From: an uncultured virus (IMG/VR IMGVR_UViG_3300047375_000936)
Taxonomy: Duplodnaviria; Heunggongvirae; Uroviricota; Caudoviricetes
Length of the DNA stretch: 20,000 nt
Reading direction: 5' to 3' (one strand)
Virus record (IMG/VR): IMGVR_UViG_3300047375_000936
In this document: positions 9,401 through 15,375 of the stretch, piece by piece
How positions within the stretch are numbered: the stretch's first letter is position 1
Layout: each line of letters begins with the position of its first letter
Made by a program: the position numbers and the translations under genes
The notes under the pieces: model-generated
What the model was told of the DNA's origin: nothing
Seen by the model: only the letters and a program-made list of their open reading frames with translations
Databases searched by the model: none

Positions 9401-12400
9401 ACACTTACAGGTAGTAGTTCAAATGCAGAATTTTATGGCGACCCAGTAAACATTGGTATTTCTAATGTTGACCTTGATCCGCTAGGTACATTCTCGAGTC
9501 TAGGTGTAAGTAAGTTTTTACAAACACAGTTTGATGTAAATTCAAATGCTAGTGGCGAAGTGTTTATTAAGGACGGTGTAGTAGATGCTGGTACACTAGA
9601 CGGACTAGATAGTGCGTACTTCTTAAACCCATCTAACTTAACAAGTGCTGTTCCAGTTAACAGAGGCGGCACAAACATTACAACTTATGCTGTAGGCGAT
9701 TTAATTTATGCACAATCAGCAGCTAGTTTAAATCCACTTAATATTGGTAGAAGAAATACGTTCTTAAAATCAAACGGCGTTACACCTGAATGGGGTACAG
9801 CACTTGATCTTGCTGAGGGACTAGATGTTGGATCTGCTAAACTGAGTTCAAGTAGTACAGCAACAGGTCAAATCTACAACGACAACGTTACTACAGTTGA
9901 AATTGGTGGCGATGCAGAAAATGTTAAGATTGGTAAAAATAGTGATAGTAGAAATATTAGTAACTTTGTTAATACATACGAAGCAACGAATACACAAGAC
10001 GTAGTTGTTAACCTGAGTGATATTGCTGTTGATACAGCAAGTGCAAGTTCAAACGGTGAAAAAGTGTTGCTGTTTAGTGATACAACACAGATACAATTTG
10101 GTATGACAGTTCAAGGCAGTGGTAGTATTCCTGCTAACACAACAGTCACTGGTATTACCGACGAAGAAGTATTTTTAAGTAACGAACTAACTGGTAGTGT
10201 TTTAACTGCTACATCAATTACATTTACTAATACTCCAATTACACTAGGTATTCGAATTGGTGATACTGTTATTATTGCTAGTAGTACAATTAGTAATTTA
10301 GACGGACAATGGCCGGTTATTGGTGCTACTGAAAATGCTACATCATTTACAATTAGAACAAATATAAACGTCAATGCTGATCCAGCAGTAACACAAGTTG
10401 GTACAATATCAAAAGAAAATACTATTGTTCTTAAAAACCAAAATGTTGTTGTTGGCGGCGGAGAGTTTGGCACAACACCATTGCCAGGATTAATTAAAGG
10501 TGAAGGCGGTATTGGTACAGATGTATCCGGTGGATCTCTTACACTACGTCCTGGTATTAGTACTGGTAATGCAACAGGTGCAGACTTTATTGTTGAAACA
10601 GGCGAAATTGGTACAACAGGCGAAGGCTTACAAACAATTACTGAACGTATGCGTATTGATGGCGAAGGCATTGCAACATTCACAGGTTATACTAAATTTA
10701 CAGATACAACTAGTGTTAAAATTCCAGTAGGAACTAGTGCGCAGCGTCCAGGAGCAGGCGGAGTTTATGTTTCATCAGCACAAGGACAAATTCGATATAA
10801 TACTGATGATAGTACCTTTGAAGGATTTGATGGAACAAACTGGGGTTCATTAGGCGGCGTAAAAGATGTCGATCAAGATACACTTATCCGTCCAGAAACT
10901 AGTGCTGGTGCAGACAACGATGAACTAGACTTCTTAACAGCTGGTACGCAGCGTATGCAAATTGGTGCAACAGGAAACTTGCTATTTGGTGCTAGTTTAA
11001 ATAAATTTACTGTAGCATATGCAACCGGTGATACAAACATTGCCGGTGATGTTATTGTAACAGGTGACTTAACTATAAACGGTACTACAACTACACTTAA
11101 TTCAACTACGCTTCAAATTGATGATAAAAACATTGAATTAGGAACAGTAGCTTCACCTACTGACGCAACAGCTGATGGCGGTGGTATAACACTTAAAGGC
11201 GCAACTGATCATACCATTACTTGGAGTAATGCAAACGATAGTTGGGACTTTAGCGAACATGCTAATCTTGTAAGTACCAAAGAATACCGTATTAATAACA
11301 CAAGTGTACTAAGTGCCAACACACTAGGTGCAAATGTTATTAACAGTAGTCTACAAAATACTGGCGCACTCGACGGCGGTAGTATTACTAGTGGCTTTGG
11401 CAATATTGACATTGGTAGTTCAAACCTAACAGCAACAGGTAGTGTAAGTCTTGGAGCAACTAGCTTTAATGACAACAGTATTACTAATGTTGGAAGTTTG
11501 GCACTAGATACAATCAGTGGCGATAACGGTAGTAGCATGAACTTTGCAAGTACAACTACCGTTAATATTGATAAAACAACACAAGCATCAAACACAACTA
11601 GTGGTGCATTGATTGTAGACGGCGGTGTAGGTATTGCTAAGAATTTACATGTAGGCGGAATACTTACTGGTAATGGTAGCGGACTTACTACATTAAATGC
11701 TACCAACATATCAAGTGGTACTATTAATGATGCTAGACTGCCAACTAGCCAAGCAGGCAAAACATTTACAAGTGATATTACTGTACATGGGTTTAATGCA
11801 GGACGTGGTGGAGCAAGTGGTACTACAAACCTAATGTTTGGACACGGTGAAAACTTAACTTCTGATGCTGGTCATAACACAGGTATTGGTGGAACATCAA
11901 TGACAGGAGCGCTGTCAGGAGACAATAATACTGCACTAGGTTTTGCTACATTAAGTGCTGCTACAAGTGTAAACAATAACACAGCAATTGGTGCAGATAG
12001 CCAAGAACAAAGAACAAGTATCGGCGATAACAACACTAGTGTTGGTGCAAGCACAATGGCGAATAGTACTGCTGGTAGTGCTAACACAGCATTAGGTTAC
12101 CAAGCACTAGAAATTGTAACTGGCGATAATAACATTGTAGTAGGTGCTACAAGTGGTAGAACACTCACAAGCGGTGACAATAACATACTACTTGGATATG
12201 GAATCGAAACAGCAGCTAACACCACAAGTAACTTTATGCAAATTGGTAATGCTACAAACAATGTACTAAGTGTTCCAGGTGTTAATACAACTATTAATAC
12301 AACTAACTTAACATACAGTGGATCAGGTGGATTTAGTGGTGTTGGTACAAATCTAACAGCACTTAATGCTTCGCAGTTGACAAGTGGTACTGTTCCAGAT

Positions 12401-14167
12401 GCACGTATAAGCTCAAGTAGTGTTGTACAACACCAAGCAGATATCACAGGCACAGGAACACTAGATAGTGGTGCAATTAGTAGTGGATTTGGCGCAATTA
12501 ACATTGGTGCAGATGCACTTACTGCTACTGGTAGTGTAAGTCTTGGAGCAACTAGCTTCAATGATAATAACATTACAAACGTAGGAAGTATTGCACTTGA
12601 CACTATTGTTGCTGACAACGGATCTAGTATGAACTTTAGTAGTGCTACACAAGTTAATATTGATAATGTTACACAATCAACAAGTAGTACAACAGGTGCT
12701 CTTATTGTCGATGGCGGACTTGGAATTGCAAAAGATGCATATTTTAATGGTACTATTAACGGCAACGGTAGCGGACTTACAAGTCTAAACGCAAGTAACA
12801 TAGGATCAGGAACTGTTCCTAACGCACGTATTGATGGTACTTACAGTAACTTAACTGGAACAGGTGCTCTTGGCGCAGGTAGTATTACTAGCGGCTTCGG
12901 TAATGTTAACATTGGCACAAGCACATTTACTGGTAACGGTAGTGGACTTACAAGTGTAGATGCTACTACACTAGACGGTATTGATAGCACAGCATTCTTG
13001 CGTAGTAATGCTGATGATACGTACACTGGGCTAATTACTGCAAACAGAAACGCCGATGAACAATTAAGATTGTCAACGCAAAGTTCAACTGGCAATCCGT
13101 ACATGAGCTTCTATCAAGCAGGTACACGCAGAGCGTATATTCAATATGTAAACGGTAGTGCGCTAAGACTGTATAATGATAGAACAGACGAGTATGTTGA
13201 TATCAACAGTGGTGTAAATGGTTTAACATACACTGTAGGTGGAACTGCTTATAAGATTTGGCATGCAGGCAACGACGGCTCAGGTAGCGGACTTGATGCA
13301 GATACATTAGATGGTGTAAGCTCAGGCGCCTTCCTACGCAGCAATGCTAACGATAGTTTCAGTGGCACACTAACAGGTGACGGTAGTATCAATATCACAG
13401 GCAACATTACTGGTGCAACTATTAATGGCGACGGTAGTGGACTAACAGGTGTTACAGCCGATAATGCTAACACACTAGATAGCTTAGATAGTACAGATTT
13501 CTTACGTAATAGTGCAACAGCACAAACTTCCAATATGTACATTAGAAATTCTTCGCCAACACTATATTTACGTGATACTGATCACAGAAGTAGTATGATT
13601 CATTGTAACAGTAACATTTGGTACGTACTACGTGGTAACGGAAATGATAGTACAACATGGGAACAAACAGACAGTCGTTGGCCACTTCAAATTAACCTCG
13701 GCGATAACAATATGACCACAGGTGGTAGTATCAATGCACGTACTGAGATCACTGCTTACGGTTCAGATGAAAGACTAAAAGAAAACATCAAACCAATTGA
13801 AAACGCACTAGATAAAGTTAAGTCATTAGACGGTGTAACATACGATTGGATGGACAAAGTAGAAGAAGTTGGTTTCTTCCCAGAGCGTAGAAAAGACGAA
13901 GCAGGTGTTATTGCACAGCAGGTACAAAAAGTACTACCACAAGCTGTTGCACCAGCACCGTTTGATAGAGACTATGTTGTAGGAGAAGATGGCGGCGCAA
14001 CAAGCGAAACTTATAGTGTTAGTGGCGAAGAATACTTAACTGTTAAGTATGAAAAACTTGCTCCATTGTTTATTGAAGCAATCAAAGAACAAGATGCTAA
14101 ATTAGAAGCACAAGCAGCAGAGATTGCAGAATTGAAAGAAATGGTGAAAAAACTTCTAGATAAATAG
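3440..14167 (+). CDS. Giant tail-fibre-like virion protein (3575 aa) with C-terminal peptidase S74 intramolecular chaperone
   Basis: N-terminus MATRIRHKRSAVAGNQPSVAQLDSGELAINTADGKVY matches the T4 gp37-type start pattern (KRS..G..P....L..GELAIN). Contains DADTLDG shaft motifs and NTALG-type repeats. C-terminus SDERLKENI...GVIAQQVQKVLP.AV...V.YEKL.PLFIEAIKE is a typical S74 domain followed by a coiled coil. Confidence 0.88.
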   Translation: MATRIRHKRSAVAGNQPSVAQLDSGELAINTADGKVYLLRDDNTVQDITKRIFENNTEVRVDDLADSASAEISMTVNGDEKMTVTNAGFNMKDDIDLEDFGKITFRESIASGEDGIGIQAPFNLPNSYDLTLPLVNGTVGQILKTDGFGNLAFSDPDIFGGNVIYVSAEQGNDANDGQSAPVKTIKRACKLASAIVYNPDGTVTGIRVNIKVAVGDYTEDNPLIIPDNVVVKGDGLRGCIVRPANANLDMFRVRNACYFGEFTFRDGVDDNQVPLITWDYATVFDDPNATDVTDRTEYTNLPDTKPTIVTSPYTQNCSIISFLGGSGAKIDGALVESPNVPRYNIEAENPVIGATPEQGKSMVANAYTMLSFGGTGWRLLNDAYAQIVSCFQIFLLNGVYTQSGGYCSITNSATNFGLYALRSSGYSPKAFEFDRAHVVSTGASDGKQTLTIVGINRDSPVEEFVLRYREPGYRFAHDLLQNKITQIATDTDTWIQGQIATANSGSSSIYAGFTYNEEKCRRDTRLLVDAIRHDAALNSNARTLTAALTYFNGRFPADIFAAQKDQHIDSFAQAKTFTAGIVQDATFTNRTNALWEEVIEILDNGSSTSAPGDELVDTRVLPTAINTDSGNAVAQLIANKLFLQKEITAWISSQVNSNTAPFFTGFNYNQAACENDVSKIVDALTYDLSTGGNLESLVAAQQYFVDGSSVYGTGQKLTTLAAWERLKTLVEQLIKEEAVSISTGNTETQDTSGTPATDTEANFAKTRIGEIIQHIETDAGLLADPIALDLTALSVSQTLQDDFIRLDAIGAANIAQRVTRYINQEIDTYKWYGFTYDRAKCIRDTKLIVEAVAKDTWDTGNRYSRSAGLSYFRANIADSTRSVFAGEELQTIAAIQQAAIYANAEIASKPQITTAIEDFVQSRFNIVSEAIRSPEEIPSPNEVSSEGDITNTFIPTPTTTNFNAATAVAVGTSVFTITGHGYANGQKLVYDNNGNISVGGLDDEQTYYAVVLDEDTFTLTFDDSLEFPVLLFANSVNTGTHIFRSDIIEFFVEEILSSHQTYQTLILESGAESYEFIAGRAIQGTTGSNNNSAFVASWEPAERRLVVSIEEVVVGSSVLRIQFDASSTITQDHASSPNSAITINEVQTKLGLGTSTFSITATDGSSSITNTGSLPEKQIWFHRPSIVNSSSHTWEFSGSGTDYNALPQNGGNTRGEFEQYEELPGRVYSSGTNELGDFKVGDFITAFNRTGNITFRNKVQVDELDALKLSLSDVAIEEISTDVNLGDDEIGGPSDARLTTQLAIRSFISNRLGGFVDKTVSTAAVPGAIVQLNVNGQLNGELIPATRQFTNTNTDGYNSRLLQADDIPAKDLSAGDIATENYEQIELTLSGNITALDGATITQPGVAGAIGYAKGNFQTSGNILVATIDGAWDATDDSLGAPWDFTNNLNLFVDGVDSGVHPTATGASTELIDNFFLKSSNTSQFLILDPAGTFNFTINTITSVARSSNIQTHITGTAHGLNVGNQVRVVCNEDETFNVNGEVLSTPTSTSFTIANTGIDFSTTSRTGDVFSIVTSADGGAQGAVTEERFGVCVNVDNANLTGGTGYTPTNGNVIYRNVSFTNVTGSGSGAKANITVTAGLVSDVDISAGGTGYAFGDRLSANAADIGGTGSNFEITIGAIENRAYVNIIGGELFVASQSSQDFVEDVDAVNTAFDIGLDNVRSINFLAGTLAGGGSVNYTDSRITVADHGFIDGDPVTYDTNGNVPIGGLLNERVYYAKRITDDIFEVYEDYSLLNQMEFLTTPLNNNHNFSLHQINITDDSVLVRNHGLTTGDAVRFNTLTDGSTSNALPNIAGDSMTDGSRFFVGSITTNSFTLHTLRSDALSSINGLVTNRTIIGTKGAGAARVTPSNVQVTGVVNTSSRIKSNWNTLAATNIDAENIISGTISPSRLSLAGVPNSDSFLRGDSSYQTVVQSIKKAATTDNPITLTGSSSNAEFYGDPVNIGISNVDLDPLGTFSSLGVSKFLQTQFDVNSNASGEVFIKDGVVDAGTLDGLDSAYFLNPSNLTSAVPVNRGGTNITTYAVGDLIYAQSAASLNPLNIGRRNTFLKSNGVTPEWGTALDLAEGLDVGSAKLSSSSTATGQIYNDNVTTVEIGGDAENVKIGKNSDSRNISNFVNTYEATNTQDVVVNLSDIAVDTASASSNGEKVLLFSDTTQIQFGMTVQGSGSIPANTTVTGITDEEVFLSNELTGSVLTATSITFTNTPITLGIRIGDTVIIASSTISNLDGQWPVIGATENATSFTIRTNINVNADPAVTQVGTISKENTIVLKNQNVVVGGGEFGTTPLPGLIKGEGGIGTDVSGGSLTLRPGISTGNATGADFIVETGEIGTTGEGLQTITERMRIDGEGIATFTGYTKFTDTTSVKIPVGTSAQRPGAGGVYVSSAQGQIRYNTDDSTFEGFDGTNWGSLGGVKDVDQDTLIRPETSAGADNDELDFLTAGTQRMQIGATGNLLFGASLNKFTVAYATGDTNIAGDVIVTGDLTINGTTTTLNSTTLQIDDKNIELGTVASPTDATADGGGITLKGATDHTITWSNANDSWDFSEHANLVSTKEYRINNTSVLSANTLGANVINSSLQNTGALDGGSITSGFGNIDIGSSNLTATGSVSLGATSFNDNSITNVGSLALDTISGDNGSSMNFASTTTVNIDKTTQASNTTSGALIVDGGVGIAKNLHVGGILTGNGSGLTTLNATNISSGTINDARLPTSQAGKTFTSDITVHGFNAGRGGASGTTNLMFGHGENLTSDAGHNTGIGGTSMTGALSGDNNTALGFATLSAATSVNNNTAIGADSQEQRTSIGDNNTSVGASTMANSTAGSANTALGYQALEIVTGDNNIVVGATSGRTLTSGDNNILLGYGIETAANTTSNFMQIGNATNNVLSVPGVNTTINTTNLTYSGSGGFSGVGTNLTALNASQLTSGTVPDARISSSSVVQHQADITGTGTLDSGAISSGFGAINIGADALTATGSVSLGATSFNDNNITNVGSIALDTIVADNGSSMNFSSATQVNIDNVTQSTSSTTGALIVDGGLGIAKDAYFNGTINGNGSGLTSLNASNIGSGTVPNARIDGTYSNLTGTGALGAGSITSGFGNVNIGTSTFTGNGSGLTSVDATTLDGIDSTAFLRSNADDTYTGLITANRNADEQLRLSTQSSTGNPYMSFYQAGTRRAYIQYVNGSALRLYNDRTDEYVDINSGVNGLTYTVGGTAYKIWHAGNDGSGSGLDADTLDGVSSGAFLRSNANDSFSGTLTGDGSINITGNITGATINGDGSGLTGVTADNANTLDSLDSTDFLRNSATAQTSNMYIRNSSPTLYLRDTDHRSSMIHCNSNIWYVLRGNGNDSTTWEQTDSRWPLQINLGDNNMTTGGSINARTEITAYGSDERLKENIKPIENALDKVKSLDGVTYDWMDKVEEVGFFPERRKDEAGVIAQQVQKVLPQAVAPAPFDRDYVVGEDGGATSETYSVSGEEYLTVKYEKLAPLFIEAIKEQDAKLEAQAAEIAELKEMVKKLLDK
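3923..4720 (+). other. Pectin-lyase-like beta-helix region within the giant fibre
   Basis: YVSAEQGNDANDGQSAPVKTIKRA...I.VAVGDYTEDNPLIIPDNVVVKGDGLR is the usual N-terminal cap of right-handed beta-helix proteins and is followed by beta-strand-like repeats. Confidence 0.55.
4859..6240 (+). repeat. Three helical ~153-168-aa protein repeats with F.Y....C.(R/N)D....(D/E)A...D motif
   Basis: Cys codons at 4997 (KCRRD), 5456 (ACEND) and 5960 (KCIRD). The same repeat occurs in gene 1 with Cys at 376 and 856. Confidence 0.8.
11360..12832 (+). repeat. Internal 127-aa duplication in the fibre gene (11360-11740 and 12452-12832) flanking NTALG-type head repeats
   Basis: Both copies are 381 nt and colinear (TG.LD.G.I.SGFG...LTATGSVSLGATSFNDN.ITNVGS.ALDTI..DNGSSMNF...GALIVDGG.GIAK...GNGSGLT.LNA.NI.SGT...AR). 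They share the identical stretch ggtagtgtaagtcttggagcaactagctt. Confidence 0.9.
13763..14167 (+). other. Peptidase S74 / intramolecular chaperone domain; predicted autocleavage at the Ser of SDERLK
   Basis: The S-D-x-R-L-K motif starts at 13763 and the downstream GVIAQ and YxxLxPLxIEAIKE motifs are conserved. Confidence 0.85.
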
Positions 14168-14195
14168 GTTATAGCCGGATTTATTCGGCTATAAC
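14168..14195 (+). other. Strong hairpin immediately after the fibre stop codon (terminator or processing/stability stem)
   Basis: Perfect 10-bp stem GTTATAGCCG / CGGCTATAAC around GATTTATT. There is no U-tract on the + strand. Confidence 0.6.
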
Positions 14196-14197
14196 AC

Positions 14198-14225
14198 TTG
14201 ACAACTTTAAATAGTGTGTTACAAT
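14198..14225 (+). promoter_or_regulatory. Sigma70-type promoter with extended -10
   Basis: TTGACA (14198-14203), a 16-nt spacer ending in TG-T, then TACAAT (14220-14225), about 20 nt upstream of the ATG at 14245. Confidence 0.65.
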
Positions 14226-14244
14226 AAAGTAATTAGGATATTAA

Positions 14245-14409
14245 ATGGCACTACCATTAACAGGCGAAACGATTACAATGACGCAAATTAGGAACTACTT
14301 CGGTGGTTCTTCAACGCCGATTACTATGTCTGGGCTTGGTGCGTTTCTCGGAATTTCAGCAGGAACTACTATTGCAATGAGTGCTACATTTGGTGGACAA
14401 GGATTATAA
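14245..14409 (+). CDS. Small 54-aa protein, probable fibre-associated (tip/cap) protein; not in the ORF track
   Basis: MALPLTGETITMTQIRNYFGGSSTPITMSGLGAFLGISAGTTIAMSATFGGQGL-stop. AGGA lies upstream and the ORF fills the gap between the promoter and the next RBS. It resembles the MALP..G.I.M..I...FG...PI.(M/L)S starts seen downstream of S74 fibres. Confidence 0.75.
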   Translation: MALPLTGETITMTQIRNYFGGSSTPITMSGLGAFLGISAGTTIAMSATFGGQGL

Positions 14410-14412
14410 ATA
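14405..14412 (+). promoter_or_regulatory. T4 late promoter consensus TATAAATA overlapping the small ORF stop codon
   Basis: Exact TATAAATA 10 nt before the ATG at 14423 and directly followed by GGAG. It could be a chance match in AT-rich DNA. Confidence 0.4.
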
Positions 14413-14422
14413 GGAGCACACT

Positions 14423-14800
14423 ATGAAAAGTTTATACGAAGTTATTAATATTGACTTAGCAAATGACTATACTAAAGAACGCAAAAAGGAAGTTACAACA
14501 TCACTTAATCTTGATGAAGATCTTCAAGCAGAAGTTTTTGCAGTAATTGACGAAATGGATATTCCAAATGATGACGAACGTCATCATTGGATTAACGTAA
14601 TTGCACATAAAGCAGCATCTGACTTATTAACACTTGGTAAAGTACAGCCTGAAAATATGGTAGTTATGAGTTCGCTATCAGAAGAAGATTTTACCGAAGC
14701 AGTAACTATTGCAGTTAAAAAAGCAAGAACACTAAACGACCAAACTGTTGCAGCAGAAGCAAATCTTAACGTAGATACTATTTCAGAAACTATTACTTAA
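14423..14800 (+). CDS. Hypothetical acidic alpha-helical protein (125 aa)
   Basis: AGGAG RBS at 14412-14416. The stop overlaps the next start (TAATG). Motif E..HWI..IA.KAA.DLLTLGKV..ENM. No function recognised. Confidence 0.8.
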   Translation: MKSLYEVINIDLANDYTKERKKEVTTSLNLDEDLQAEVFAVIDEMDIPNDDERHHWINVIAHKAASDLLTLGKVQPENMVVMSSLSEEDFTEAVTIAVKKARTLNDQTVAAEANLNVDTISETIT

Positions 14801-15375
14801 TGAAAATTGCAATATGTGTAGCGGCAAGAGATCTTGTCCATGCAGGATTTGCCTTGTCTTTAGCAAAGATAGCAAAAACAATTGATTGCGAATTATTACT
14901 TAACTTAGGTACTGTAATTCCTCAACAACGTAATCAGTTGATAAAAGAAGCACTTGAAAAACAGTGTTCTCATATTTTGTGGCTAGACAGCGACATGCAT
15001 CTTCCTGAAAACACAGCATTGCAATTATTAAAACACGATAAAGAAATTGTAGCTGCCAGCTACAGTACAAGGATGCCACCCTATCAAAGTGTAGCATTTA
15101 CAGATTCTAACGACCTCTCTCTAAGACTAAATGAGTCAACAGGGCTGCACAAAGTTTGGGCAGTTGGTATGGGGTGCATGTTAGTAAACACAAAAGTATA
15201 CGAATATCTAGATTGGCCATGGCATCAATATATTGAACACAAAGAATCGCAGTCGATAATGGGTGAAGATATATACTTTTGTAAAAATGCAAACGATGCA
15301 GGGTTTGACATTTATATCGATGCAACACTAAGTAAAAATGTTGCACATTACGGAACTAAGAGTTTTAAATTATGA
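14800..15375 (+). CDS. GT-A fold (GT2-like) glycosyltransferase, 191 aa
   Basis: N-terminal beta strand KIAICVAA, RNQLIKEAL..C.HILWLDSDM (DXD motif), VGMGCMLVN, GEDIYFC and a C-terminal H-Y-G. These are typical GT2-like motifs. Confidence 0.85.
   Translation: MKIAICVAARDLVHAGFALSLAKIAKTIDCELLLNLGTVIPQQRNQLIKEALEKQCSHILWLDSDMHLPENTALQLLKHDKEIVAASYSTRMPPYQSVAFTDSNDLSLRLNESTGLHKVWAVGMGCMLVNTKVYEYLDWPWHQYIEHKESQSIMGEDIYFCKNANDAGFDIYIDATLSKNVAHYGTKSFKL

Noticed and set aside
11360..12832. Possible diversity-generating retroelement TR/VR pair
   Set aside because: Both copies are in-frame coding, the differences are not restricted to adenines, and no reverse transcriptase is in the window.
1464..13542. 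Numerous 60-254-aa minus-strand and alternate-frame ORFs inside the giant genes
   Set aside because: These are shadow ORFs expected from the biased codon usage of Thr/Gly/Ser/Asn-rich genes. They are low-complexity V/L/P/S products with no recognisable motifs.
3440..14167. Intein, intron or programmed frameshift explaining the gene's size
   Set aside because: There is a single uninterrupted frame, and no intein splice motifs or homing endonuclease signature were seen.
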